Origin: an uncultured cyanobacterium
GTDB taxonomy: Bacteria > Cyanobacteriota > Cyanobacteriia > Cyanobacteriales > Cyanobacteriaceae
Assembly (NCBI GenBank): GCA_963710605.1
Contig: CAVQBA010000002.1
Span: 32,001 to 96,000 of the forward strand
DNA length: 64,000 bases
Reading direction: 5' to 3'
Below the pieces are notes generated by a model. That model ran no database searches and was not told where the DNA came from. It saw only the letters and a list, made by a program, of their open reading frames with translations. Positions 52,899-63,440 of this stretch are shown here, one piece after another. The first letter of the stretch is position 1; the number at the start of each line of letters is the position of its first letter. The position numbers and the translations under genes are program-made.

Positions 52899-53560
52899 AT
52901 AATTAATTCCTCGATAATAAACTTAAAATAGTTGTAAATAAAGTTATTTGTCCGATCGCATTTTTTTAGTGATCATTAAAAAATAACTATCAAATAATTA
53001 GATTGAAATACTTGTTGTTTAGACAAAAACAATTTAATTAATTTTTGAGTATTTTGACCTCTAGTTTGAAATTAGAGATTGATGTAAATTGTCAATTTAT
53101 TGAGCAACATTCTATTATAGTCATCACTAAACTTAATCTATCTGTGATCAAATTATCAGTTTGAGTAAAAATATATCTAGACTTACTAATTTTACCAACA
53201 CTTAAACTAATAGTCGTAACGCTTTATTTTTTAGTTTCCCATCTGTTGTCGTAAAATGTAAAAATATTTTGCTTAATTATTTTGTGTTTGTCTGATTATT
53301 TTGCGATTGCAATTAAAACGAGGCTCAAAATATATATTCTTGTAGTACAAATAAACAGTTGAGAAGCGAAAACTTACTAATTATGGTTGGATTTAACTAT
53401 CATTAATTAAATTTTATTTTTTCTTCCTGACGAATTAAGCTGATAGGCTCATTTTTCGCAGAGTAAAATTTTGACTGTTTTTTTGTGTAATTATTAAAAT
53501 GTACAATCGATAAATTATTCAACACTAATCTATATTTGTCATTAAAAATTAGCTGAATAA

Positions 53561-54058
53561 TTAACTAGTCATCCACTTAGGGGAAGTTAGTAAAAATAAT
53601 TCACATTCGCCTAACGGATTGTCAAAATTAATTAATTCTAGACCAATGATACCAGCTTTTTTCAGTTTTAATCTGTTTTGTGTTTTTCCCCAAATTAATA
53701 ATTCTGCCCATCTTGTCAAATCTGGCTGATGTCCAACTAAGGCTATCGAAGAATTGTCTGGCGAAAAATTAGCTTGTTGTAACCAATTAATCCATTCTAA
53801 AATATTCCCTTGAGGTTGTAGAGTTGGATATTCAACTAGTTTTTTAGTTAACTCGGCTTGTTTAAGAATGATAGCTGTTTCTTTTGCTCTTCGGTAAGGG
53901 CTTGTCAAAATTAAATCAAAATTGAGATTCAGACTAACTAATTTTCTGGCTATTTTTTGTACTCTGACTATTCCTTTAGTCGTCAACATTCTGTCTGAGT
54001 CTTCTTTATCTACTTGTTTTAATTCTGCAATCCCATGGCGAATCAAATAAATTTTCAT
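53561..54058 (-). CDS. sixA: phosphohistidine phosphatase SixA
   Basis: LIRHGIA, SPYRRAKETA and VGHQPD motifs. Confidence 0.93.
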   Translation of the reverse strand: MKIYLIRHGIAELKQVDKEDSDRMLTTKGIVRVQKIARKLVSLNLNFDLILTSPYRRAKETAIILKQAELTKKLVEYPTLQPQGNILEWINWLQQANFSPDNSSIALVGHQPDLTRWAELLIWGKTQNRLKLKKAGIIGLELINFDNPLGECELFLLTSPKWMTS

Positions 54059-54276
54059 GTTTTGATAATAAACAATAAATACTATATTAATGGAGAACGC
54101 TTCAAAAGAGTACGAAGGTTTCTAGAGCAACAGAATGCCTACTAATACGAATACAGAATACAGTGAAGATGATAGATAGATAGATAAAAACACAACCCGT
54201 GATAGATTCTTGCACTGTCCGCAATTATTCGAGAAGAATTAAGACGACACCTAATCCCTAATCCTCATGTTCACTG

Positions 54277-55722
54277 TTAACCTAAATTATTTTGAACCGC
54301 CTTAACCAAATAATTAGTCCAATGGTTGACTAAATCTACATTTTGTGCCTCTACCATTACCCGAATTAAAGGCTCTGTACCCGATGCCCTAACCAAAATT
54401 CGACCTTGATCACTCATATCTTTTTGAGCTAAGGAAATTGCTTCTTGAATAGCAGTTGATTCTTGCCAATGTAAACGTTTTTCACGATCGTTAACTGTAA
54501 TATTATGTAAAATTTGTGGGTAAGGCTCAAAGCTATCATCAACTAAAGAAGCCAAATCTTGTCCTTGTTGAGTAACTAAAGCAGTTAATTGTAAAGCAGT
54601 CTGCAAACCATCTCCTGAAAAATGATGATGGTGACAAAGAATATGCCCTGATTGTTCGCCTCCTAACATTGCTCCTGTTTCCCACATCGAAGCTTGTACA
54701 TTTTGATCACCAACGGAGGTACGAATTAATTCACCGCCGAGTTTTTTCCAAGCTAATTCAAAACCTAAATTAGCCATAACAGTACCGATGAGTAAATTAT
54801 TAGGCAGTAATTGCTGTTGTTTTAATGCTTTGCCCCACAGATAAAGAATATAATCACCACAGACTACTCTTCCTTTTGTATCTACTGCCATAACTCGATC
54901 GGCATCTCCATCAAAAGCATAACCCATATCGGCATTATGTTCTGCTACTGCTTTATTTAAAGTTTCTAGGTGAGTTGAACCACAATTGACGTTAATACGA
55001 TCGCCATCTGCTCGATCATGTAAACAAATTACCTCAGCACCTAAAGCCCGAAAGACTTTTGGGGCAAGCTCAACACTAGCACCCCATGCTAAATCAAGAA
55101 CAACTTTCAGACCTTTAAAAGTCGTATTTTCCTGAAAAGCAGACTGTAAAAAATCAGCATAAAACCGAGTTAAGCTATGTTGATTATAAACTTGACCACA
55201 TTTTTGTTCTTGTAAACTAATCTCTCCTGCTACGTATTGACGTAAGGTAGTTTCAATCGCATTTGTGATTGATTTATCTAATTTAGTACCATTACCACTA
55301 AAAAACTTAATTCCGTTGTCTTGCGGTGGATTATGACTAGCTGAAATCATAATAGCACCTAATGCTTCTGTCGTTTTCGCTAGATAAGCTACACAAGGAG
55401 TAGGGCATAAACCCACATTCCAAACTTCAAAACCCATCGAAGTTAACCCAGAAGCGATCGCCATTGCTAACATATCACTGGAATTACGAGAATCTTGACC
55501 GATGATAATAACCTTAGAATCAACAACTAATTTTTGCCAAACCTCTCCTGCGGCTAAACCAACATTTAAAGCTAAATGGGGAGTTAGTAATTCACCTACT
55601 TTTCCTCGAATACCATCAGTACCAAATAGTTGTTTTGGTAAAGTGTATTGACTACTATTAGAATTACCTTCAGTAGAAGCAAAAGAGCTATTTTGTTGAT
55701 TTTCACTCATAAAAGCGACCAT
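54277..55722 (-). CDS. glmM: phosphoglucosamine mutase
   Basis: [29 protein letters not shown] and RASGTEP motifs. Confidence 0.95.
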   Translation of the reverse strand: MVAFMSENQQNSSFASTEGNSNSSQYTLPKQLFGTDGIRGKVGELLTPHLALNVGLAAGEVWQKLVVDSKVIIIGQDSRNSSDMLAMAIASGLTSMGFEVWNVGLCPTPCVAYLAKTTEALGAIMISASHNPPQDNGIKFFSGNGTKLDKSITNAIETTLRQYVAGEISLQEQKCGQVYNQHSLTRFYADFLQSAFQENTTFKGLKVVLDLAWGASVELAPKVFRALGAEVICLHDRADGDRINVNCGSTHLETLNKAVAEHNADMGYAFDGDADRVMAVDTKGRVVCGDYILYLWGKALKQQQLLPNNLLIGTVMANLGFELAWKKLGGELIRTSVGDQNVQASMWETGAMLGGEQSGHILCHHHHFSGDGLQTALQLTALVTQQGQDLASLVDDSFEPYPQILHNITVNDREKRLHWQESTAIQEAISLAQKDMSDQGRILVRASGTEPLIRVMVEAQNVDLVNHWTNYLVKAVQNNLG

Positions 55723-56204
55723 ATTTGTTATTCCTCACACAATAAATTATTTATTTTAAAATCGATAGCTAAAAATTGTGAATTAATTCACAAATTCTGA
55801 ATTTAAATGCCGAATCAATTAATCCACACAGAAAAATTATTTTTATTATCTATATTTGTTTGAACTAGATAACTTTTAGCTATCAAAAGTTATACTTTGA
55901 TCGTTAATATTTAATCAACTTCTCAAAAATCGTTTTGATGTTATACTATAAAATAGCCTGTAATTTAGCATTTTATGAGCGATTAACCAAAAAATTATGA
56001 AGCTATCATAGCCTATAATTTACACAATTGCGAAAGTGACACAAGAAAAACATAAAATGCCTTAATAATTATCGGTGAAAACAACAGTAACTATTGTTTA
56101 GAATAAAAGCTAAGCTAGTCAATCGTACTCTAGATATTAGCTTTGTAAGCGTAGGTGGATGTGGATACTTAGCCCAGAAACAAGTTGCTAACTTCTTGAT
56201 TTAT

Positions 56205-56554
56205 CTTAATGTGTAAAGAAGACTCTCACTATAAAGTGAGTTCGAGTAGAGTTACCGAAGGTAAAGGCGGACGTGCCTTCTAGTGGAGAGATGAATTTAC
56301 ACCAACAAAAAAACATTGCTATAGCAATTCCTTCATGCTAGACTAAATAAATACCGTCAACAGGTATCTACGGGGAGTCCCCCCGAAAGTCACGGTTAAC
56401 CATGAACTGGCATGGTGCTTGGGAACAAGTGGATGTATGACTGTCGTTGGATGGTCAGCAAGTGCAAACCTCGCAAGAGAGTAGGGAGGTAAAGGCAACT
56501 CTACCTAAGAATCCCCCGTTATAGCCCGTAGGGTTTAGTGGCGGGAGTCGTCAA
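56205..56554 (+). mobile_element. ORF-less IS200/IS605 mini-element (left end + promoter + omegaRNA/right end)
   Basis: Preceded by TTTAT; left hairpin GTGTAAA..CTCTCACTA / TAGTGGAGAG..TTTACAC; right end AAGAATCCCCCG..CGGGAGTCGTCAA; no tnpA or tnpB. Confidence 0.7.
56316..56344 (+). promoter_or_regulatory. sigma70-type promoter inside the mini-element
   Basis: TTGCTA-N17-TAGACT with extended TG; the tnpB element has an analogous TGcTATACT at 15936-15944. Confidence 0.6.
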
Positions 56555-56574
56555 TAAAATAAAAAATATAGTCG
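56351..56574 (+). ncRNA. putative stand-alone TnpB-type omegaRNA with 3' guide
   Basis: GC-rich run of hairpins (CGGGG/CCCCG, ACCATG/CATGGT, TGACTGTC/GATGGTCA, CTC-GCAA-GAG) ending at TCAA. Confidence 0.6.
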
Positions 56575-56575
56575 A

Positions 56576-56601
56576 AGAAGTGGGGAAACCCCGCTTTTTT
56601 T
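56576..56601 (+). promoter_or_regulatory. rimP leader hairpin (terminator-like)
   Basis: AAGTGGGG-AAA-CCCCGCTT followed by a T-run, 30 bp before rimP; resembles the widespread rimP-leader GTGGG/CCCRC stem. Confidence 0.7.
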
Positions 56602-56630
56602 ATTGCTTATTATTTATCATCTTATTAAAA

Positions 56631-57095
56631 ATGACCAATCCTGTAACAGTATCAATTAAAAAAATAGCCGAGCCAATAGCCAAGCAACTTGAATTAGAAA
56701 TAGTTGATTTAATTTTTCAAACCAATAACAATCCTGCTAACTTGAGAATCGATATTCAAAGTTTTTCAGGAGAGACTAGTCTAGAAAATTGTGAAAAAAT
56801 GAGCCGTTTACTAGAAGAAGCGTTAGATCAAGAAAATGTTATTCCCTGTGCCTACAATCTAGAAGTCTCTAGCCCTGGAATTGGAAATAACCTCACGACA
56901 AACCAAGAATTTGTAAGTTTTAAAGGTTTTCCGATCGTAGTTGAGACTAATACCGTTTTCAAAAAAAAGACTCAATGGCGAGGAACTTTACACGGTAGAG
57001 ATGAAGAATCAGTCTTAGTTAATTCTAAAGGAAAAATAATCAAGATTCCTCGAGAGATTGTTACTAAAGTAGAATTAGAAAACGCCAGTGCTTAA
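56631..57095 (+). CDS. rimP: ribosome maturation factor RimP
   Basis: LENCEKMSR..EEALD, YNLEVSSPG; start corrected to ATG 56631; operon context. Confidence 0.93.
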   Translation: MTNPVTVSIKKIAEPIAKQLELEIVDLIFQTNNNPANLRIDIQSFSGETSLENCEKMSRLLEEALDQENVIPCAYNLEVSSPGIGNNLTTNQEFVSFKGFPIVVETNTVFKKKTQWRGTLHGRDEESVLVNSKGKIIKIPREIVTKVELENASA

Positions 57096-57107
57096 CTTAA
57101 TTTAATA

Positions 57108-57451
57108 ACTGTCATTTCAATCACTAGGTAAGAAATTAATATTCATCGAAAAATTTGAGTAATAAACCCACCTCGAATTACTATTTTAGGCTAAGACTCA
57201 TCCGCTACACATAAAGCGACTTGTACTACGATGCCCTCAGTGGTAGTCGAAGTAGGTAAAAAGTAGGCTCAAGTGTTCAATAAATTAAACTATAGCTAAA
57301 TGAATTTATAATTACACTTTTTGCGTTAATGAAAGTCTCCTCTTTGAAGGGGAAAAGCTGTCACCTGAATTCATTTGGCTGTGCTTGTAAGCTTTGTGAG
57401 AAACACGAGGAGTTGGCGAGAGTCTAAGTAATCACAAATTTATTCGGCTAT
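57108..57451 (-). mobile_element. nested repeat stack: MITE family A with inserted small repeats
   Basis: Minus strand matches family A (CGGATGAGT.TTAGCCT..GGTGGGTTTA..ATTGAAATGAC), interrupted by ACTTGTACT..GTAGTCGAAGT and a TATAGCTAAATGAAT / ATTCATTTGGCTGTG inverted-repeat unit. Confidence 0.6.
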
Positions 57452-57597
57452 AATACTTTACCCGACCAAAAAAATTAACTCACTTTTATTTGAAATAACC
57501 ATTACTGTCAAATGTAGTTTTTTTTATGAGCGTATGAGTTAATCTACGCTATTTTTACACCGTTCAATTATCAACTATTAATTATCAACTATCAATT

Positions 57598-58776
57598 ATG
57601 AGTATTGCTAAATTACCGGGCTTGAAAATATTAATCGAAGAAATTTGTCGAAGTCATAACTTACCACAACCTACGGTAGAAGACGCTTTGAGAGAAGCTC
57701 TTTTTAAAGGATACGAACGTTACCGTCGATCGAAAAGAGCGAGTTTTAGTGAAGAATTTACCCCTGAATATTTTGAGAATGTTAACGTTAAATTAGATTT
57801 GAAAGAAGAAGGATTTCAAATAATCGCAGTTAAAACTGTCAGTGAAAACGTCACCGATGAAGATCATCAAATTGCCCTAGAACAAGTACAAGAAAACGAT
57901 AGCGATATTCCTGTAGGAACAGAATTACTAATCGATGTTACACCAGAAAAAGATGACTTTGGTAGAATGGCGGCAGTACAAACTAAGCAAGTACTGCAAC
58001 AGAAACTTAAAGAACAACAACGGTTGATGATTCAGCAGGAGTTTAACGAATTAGAAGATACAGTACTTTCGGCTAAAGTTCTTCGTTTTGAAAGACAATC
58101 AGTAATTATGACCTTACAGAGTGCTTATGGCAGACCAGAGGTAGAAGCCGAATTACCACGCTATGAACAAATGAATAGTGATAATTACCGTGCTAACGCA
58201 ACTTTTAAAGTTTATCTCAAAAAAGTTAGAGACGGGGCGTACAGAGGACCTCAATTGATTGTCTCCCGTGCTGATGCAGGATTAGTTGTCTATTTATTTG
58301 CGAATGAAGTTCCTGAGATTGAAGAAGAAATAATTGATATTGTAGCGATTTCACGTGAAGCAAACCCTAATATTTCTAAAGATGGCAACAATAAAAGTAA
58401 CTCTAAAATCACGGCTAGAACTAAAATAGCGGTTGATACCACCGAAGAAGAAGTCGATCCTGTAGGAGCTTGTATTGGTGCTAGAGGTTCTCGGATTCAA
58501 GCAGTCGTGAATGAATTAAAAGGCGAAAAAATTGACGTTATTCGTTACGCCGAAGATCCAGCCTCCTATATTGCTAATGCTCTAAGCCCTGCTAAAATTG
58601 ATACCGTAGAATTAATTGATGAAGAAAATAGAGAGTCTTTAGTTATTGTACCTGATAATCAATTTAGTTTAGCGATCGGCACTAAAGGGCAAAATGTTCG
58701 TTTAGCCGCACGTTTGACTGGTTGGAAAATAGACATTAAAACTAAGTCTCAATATTATGATGACCAAGAGGAATAA
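57598..58776 (+). CDS. nusA: transcription termination/antitermination factor NusA
   Basis: FGRMAA, S1 and KH domains (DPVGACIGARGSRI, SLAIGTKGQNVRLAARLTGWKIDI). Confidence 0.97.
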   Translation: MSIAKLPGLKILIEEICRSHNLPQPTVEDALREALFKGYERYRRSKRASFSEEFTPEYFENVNVKLDLKEEGFQIIAVKTVSENVTDEDHQIALEQVQENDSDIPVGTELLIDVTPEKDDFGRMAAVQTKQVLQQKLKEQQRLMIQQEFNELEDTVLSAKVLRFERQSVIMTLQSAYGRPEVEAELPRYEQMNSDNYRANATFKVYLKKVRDGAYRGPQLIVSRADAGLVVYLFANEVPEIEEEIIDIVAISREANPNISKDGNNKSNSKITARTKIAVDTTEEEVDPVGACIGARGSRIQAVVNELKGEKIDVIRYAEDPASYIANALSPAKIDTVELIDEENRESLVIVPDNQFSLAIGTKGQNVRLAARLTGWKIDIKTKSQYYDDQEE

Positions 58777-59014
58777 AATAAAAAACGATCGTCGTTGTCT
58801 TAGTTGTCATAAAATTAAACAAAAAAAAGATTTATTAAGAATTGTGAGAGTGTATCCTGATCATACAATCAATATCGGACAAGGAATGGGACGTTCAGCT
58901 TATATTTGTCCTGAAGAAAACTGTGTTTTGAATGCTCAAAAAAAATTATCACGAGCTTTAAAAACTAAAATACCTGATTGTATATATCAACAACTTTGGC
59001 AAGAATTATCTTGA
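58757..59014 (+). CDS. ylxR: YlxR/DUF448 family RNA-binding protein
   Basis: RRCLSC...LLRIVR...GMGRSAYIC. Confidence 0.9.
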   Translation: MMTKRNKIKNDRRCLSCHKIKQKKDLLRIVRVYPDHTINIGQGMGRSAYICPEENCVLNAQKKLSRALKTKIPDCIYQQLWQELS

Positions 59015-59137
59015 TCTTAATCAGGATAAATGATCCTAGACTAATAAGAGTGTAAACTATAAAAATAGACAATTATTAATCTGATCAAACCTGAACTTAA
59101 AAGTTATAATATTTAGTAGAAGTAGAGCAATTTGTGA

Positions 59138-62100
59138 ATGAAAAAAGTCAGAATATACGATTTATCAAGGGAACTAAAACGAGAAAACAAAGACATATTA
59201 CAGATATGTTCAGAGTTAAATATTGAGGTAAAAAGCCATAGTAGTAGCGTGACAGAGTCTCAAGCAAAAGAAATTAAACAAGCTGTACAAAAAGATAGTC
59301 CAACAACATCATCTTTGAAAAAACAGCCTCAAAGTAACGGCAGTACAAAAGAAGTAAAAAACAAATCTACATCGAATTTGAAATCTAAAAGTATTAAAAA
59401 ACCAGAAATCCTCGGGGTGTACAAAAATAATTCATCGACTAATAGCGACAGTGCCAATAGTTCTTCTTCGGTCCTGTTTTACTAACACCACCTCGTCCTA
59501 ACTCAGCTAAAATCTCAAGCAATTCTAGCTCTCAAGTTGATAATGGAGAACAAAAACAGACAACAACTGCGAGTATCTCCAGTAACACTCTTCAACAACC
59601 TCCTGCTCGAGATGATTCTAATTCCAATGACAATGACAGCAAAACACAGTCTAGTAGCCTAATCTCAGGGTTAGTCAAACCACAAAGACCGAAAATTAGC
59701 GATCGAAAGTCGAGTAATGGTGATGAATCAGGAGATTCTAGTTCGACAACCGACGCAGTTAAACCTAAAATAAAAATTAACAAAAATAAAGGTAACCAAC
59801 GTCGCCAAAACAATAACCGTCGTTCAGACGATCGAGGTGAAACAACTGATGTAGGTGTAAAAGACACAACTTTGACCACCGAATCTTCTAGTGTAGCAAC
59901 ACCAGATAAACTAACCACCAAAGAAGACAAAGCTGAAGCAGAACCAAAGAAATCAACTCCTAAACTTAAATTACAAAGTCCTCCTCAACGTCCAGTTAAT
60001 AAAAGTAAACAAAATCTAGATATTGATGATGACGATTTAGACGATAAAAATGAACTAAACGACGATGATGATGACGTCGATACCGAAGTTCTTTTACTAG
60101 ACAAACCAACAATTAGAAAACCGAAACAAAAAAAATCCAACGAGGACGGTAAAAGTACTTGGGATGACGAAGAAGAAGAACGTCGTTCAGGAGTTAAAAA
60201 AGATACTAAAAAAGCGAAAAAACGTCGCTCTACTTTAATTGATGAAGATGATGATTTTGAAGATTATGGTGAAAATAATGGACAGGATAATGATGTTGTT
60301 AATTTAGCCTTAGTTCGTCCTTCTCAACCTGTATCTCAAAAACCGAAAAATACCGACAAGAGTCGCCCAGCTAGAAAACCAAAATCTAAACCGACTAAAT
60401 CTGAAGCTAAAACAGAAAGAAAAGTCAAGCCAGAAAAAGAACAATTACCAGAATTTATTGTACTTAAGAAAAATCCAACTATTCGGGAGTTGGCTGATTT
60501 ACTCAATGTGCCTGATACTGATTTAATTAAAACTCTCTTCTTTAAAGGAATTGCAGTTAATATCACCGAAACATTGGATATCGAAATTGCCAAAATCGTT
60601 GCTCAAGAATTAGAAGTGGAAGTAATCACTGAAGAAGAAAAAGCTTCAGCGGCGAAAACACAAATGCTAACAGATAATGATTTAGAAAATCTTGAACATC
60701 GTCCTCCTGTGGTTACTATTATGGGACACGTTGACCATGGTAAAACAACTTTACTTGACTCAATCCGTAATACTAAAGTCGTTCAAGGTGAAGCAGGTGG
60801 TATTACTCAGCATATTGGTGCGTATCATGTTGATGTAGAACATGAAGGTAAAACTCAACAAGTTGTTTTCCTTGATACTCCAGGTCACGAAGCGTTTACC
60901 GCAATGAGAGCAAGAGGAACTAAAGTAACTGATATTGCTATTTTGGTTGTTGCGGCTGATGATGGTGTCAGACCACAAACTAAAGAAGCGATTAGTCATG
61001 CTCGAGCGGCTAAAGTACCGATCGTGGTTGCTATCAACAAAACTGATAAAGCAGGGGCTAACCCAGATAGAGTTATGCAGGAATTATCAGAACTAGAATT
61101 AGTTCCTGAAGACTGGGGTGGTGATACAGTTATGGTTCCAGTTAGTGCTTTAACAGGAGACAATATCCGTACTTTACTCGAAATGATTGTTATTGTTTCT
61201 GAAGTAGAAGAATTATCGGCGAATCCTAATCGTACTGCTAAAGGTACTGTTATTGAAGCTCACTTAGATCGTACCAGAGGTCCAGTAGCGACTTTACTCG
61301 TTCAAAATGGTACATTAAGAGTCGGTGATATGATTGTGGCAGGTTCAGTCTTAGGTCGTATTCGAGCGATGATTGATGATCAAGCCCAAAAAGTAGAAGT
61401 TGCTAGCCCTTCTTTTGCAGTGGAAATACTTGGTTTAAGTGATACTCCTTTAGCCGGTGACGAATTTGAAGTCTATCTCAATGAAAGAGAAGCTAAAACG
61501 ATCGCTCAAAGTCGGACTGAAGTGAAACGAGACACCAGATTAGAACAAGCTATGTCGTCTCGTCGTGTTACCTTAAGTACACTCTCAGCTCAAGCAGAAC
61601 AAGGAGAGTTAAAAGAACTTAACTTGATTATTAAAGGTGATGTTCAAGGTTCAGTCGAAGCTATTTTAGGCTCACTCAAGCAACTACCTCAAAATGAAGT
61701 ACAAATAAGAGTACTACTTGCAGGAGCGGGTGAAGTGACTGAAACAGATGTCGATTTAGCCGCCGCTAGTGGTGCTGTCATTATCGGTTTTAACACAACT
61801 CTAGCATCTGGTTCAAGACAAGCCGCCGAACAAGAAGGTGTAGATATTCGTGAATATAACGTGATTTACAAACTACTTGATGAGATTGAAGGGGCGATGG
61901 AAGGTTTACTCGACCCAGAAGAAATAGAAGAAAGTCTCGGTCAAGCCGAAGTCAGAGCTGTATTCGCTGTGGGTAAAAATGCTGTGGCAGGTTGTTATGT
62001 ACAATCAGGTAAGGTTGTCCGTAATCGCTTTATCAGAGTATTACGCAGAGGAAAAGAAGTTTACAGCGGTAATTTGGACTCTCTACGTCGTGTTAAAGAT

Positions 62101-62226
62101 GATGTTAAAGAAGTTGCCTCAGGTTTTGAGTGCGGTATTGGTGTTAACAAATTTAACAATTGGGAAGAAGGTGATCTTATTGAAGCCTACGAAATGGTAT
62201 TCAAGCGTCGTACTCTTTCAGCATAG
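59138..62226 (+). CDS. infB: translation initiation factor IF-2, with an apparent one-base deletion near 59465-59470
   Basis: IF2-N domain ([11 protein letters not shown]) at 59138; the downstream frame is open from 59470 to 62226 and contains [13 protein letters not shown] and NKTD. Confidence 0.93.
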
Positions 62227-62270
62227 TTGATTAACTTTGCTTTTACTCAAGACAAAAACGATCGTTATTC

Positions 62271-62300
62271 AAGCTCCCCTAAATTCGTGGGGAGTTTTTT
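62271..62300 (+). terminator. intrinsic terminator after infB
   Basis: AAGCTCCCC-loop-GGGGAGTTTTTT. Confidence 0.8.
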
Positions 62301-62400
62301 TATTTAATGTTGGCTGTAAGCTAATACACTGTTACATAAAAAATATAGCAACTAGCAGGTGTAGTGTGAACATTATGGTGTCAAAAGCCCTTTGTAAGGG

Positions 62401-62567
62401 CAGGGCTGTTTCATTCAAAGGAAGAAGAAAATAGCTAGAAGCTATTACTACATACTCGATCGAGTGATTTGATCACATTGTCTTTTTACTATTAGAAAAA
62501 AACGGCTAAATTTACTGGTATTTCTTGCGTTGTAGAAATTACAAAAATAAGACATAAAACAGCCCTG
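62401..62567. mobile_element. ISAs1-like MITE with 11-bp target duplication
   Basis: CAGGGCTGTTT...AAACAGCCCTG ends; CTTTGTAAGGG at 62390-62400 and 62568-62578. Confidence 0.85.
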
Positions 62568-63248
62568 CTTTGTAAGGGGGGAGATTCGGGGCGTAATTAC
62601 CCTTGATTTTTTGGTAACTGTCTTCCTTAATTGAAGGGTAAGGCACACGACAAAAATCCACAATGTCTTAACCTATTAATTTTCTGCCATATTCAATTAA
62701 TTTGATGATCGTTCATCGCTATAAATAATGAACGATAACTGAGTTGTTAATAAAAATTAACAGCAAAATTAGCGATTCGTAATTCGATTCAATCAGCAAC
62801 TAAAATAAAAGCTTTTATTTTAGTTATCGTCAACTCAGGACTAGATTTTTATCTTTCAAACTGATTAACAATATATTTTATAATCATTGATTTGGATTGA
62901 AGCTCACACACACCAATGTTACTTTTATGAGGAAGTCTAAATCGAGAAAATTAATAATTATCATCAAGCAACAGACTAATTTGCTTTTTATCTTCACATA
63001 ATCGGTATAGCAGTTAATAATCTTGTTTCAACAACTAAATATCAAATTGAAAAGTTGAAAATAATCTATTAGATTAATAAAGGCATTAGTAACTCGAAAT
63101 ACCAAATTTAATACTTGAAAGGTAAAACGTAACCAATTAATTAACTAGCTTACTGAAAAAAATAGCAACAGAAAAAAGAAGAAAAACTACAATCTAGATT
63201 TCAATCCTGATTACTCAACGATGAAGATAATTGTCAATTGTTGATTGT

Positions 63249-63440
63249 TTAAACTTTTTCTAACCATTCGTAGATTTTATCTAATTGTTCTAAAGTAACT
63301 AATCCATATTGCCATAATGCCATCGGCATTAAACTAAAATTTTGCTCAACAGAACGTTGTGCCATTGCGATCGAATTAGCTGGTAAATCAATTTCTTCTT
63401 GTAAGAATTCAATAAAACGAGTATAGGTAATAGTAGGCAT
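63249..63440 (-). CDS. DUF2949 family protein
   Basis: FLQEEI...MPMALWQYGLVTLEQLDKIYEWL. Confidence 0.88.
   Translation of the reverse strand: MPTITYTRFIEFLQEEIDLPANSIAMAQRSVEQNFSLMPMALWQYGLVTLEQLDKIYEWLEKV

Noticed and set aside
56351-56554. Group I/II intron, IStron, HEARO or tRNA interpretation of the structured island
   Set aside because: No group I P7 or group II domain V motifs and no cloverleaf seen; the ends fit a TnpB-type right end with a 3' guide. Not formally excluded without a covariance search.
56538-56630. N-terminal extension of RimP from the GTG at 56538
   Set aside because: It lies in the mini-element right end and the leader hairpin; RimP-like sequence starts at ATG 56631.
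57180-57430. Novel stand-alone ncRNA between rimP and nusA
   Set aside because: Most of it is explained by a MITE family A copy plus nested small repeats.
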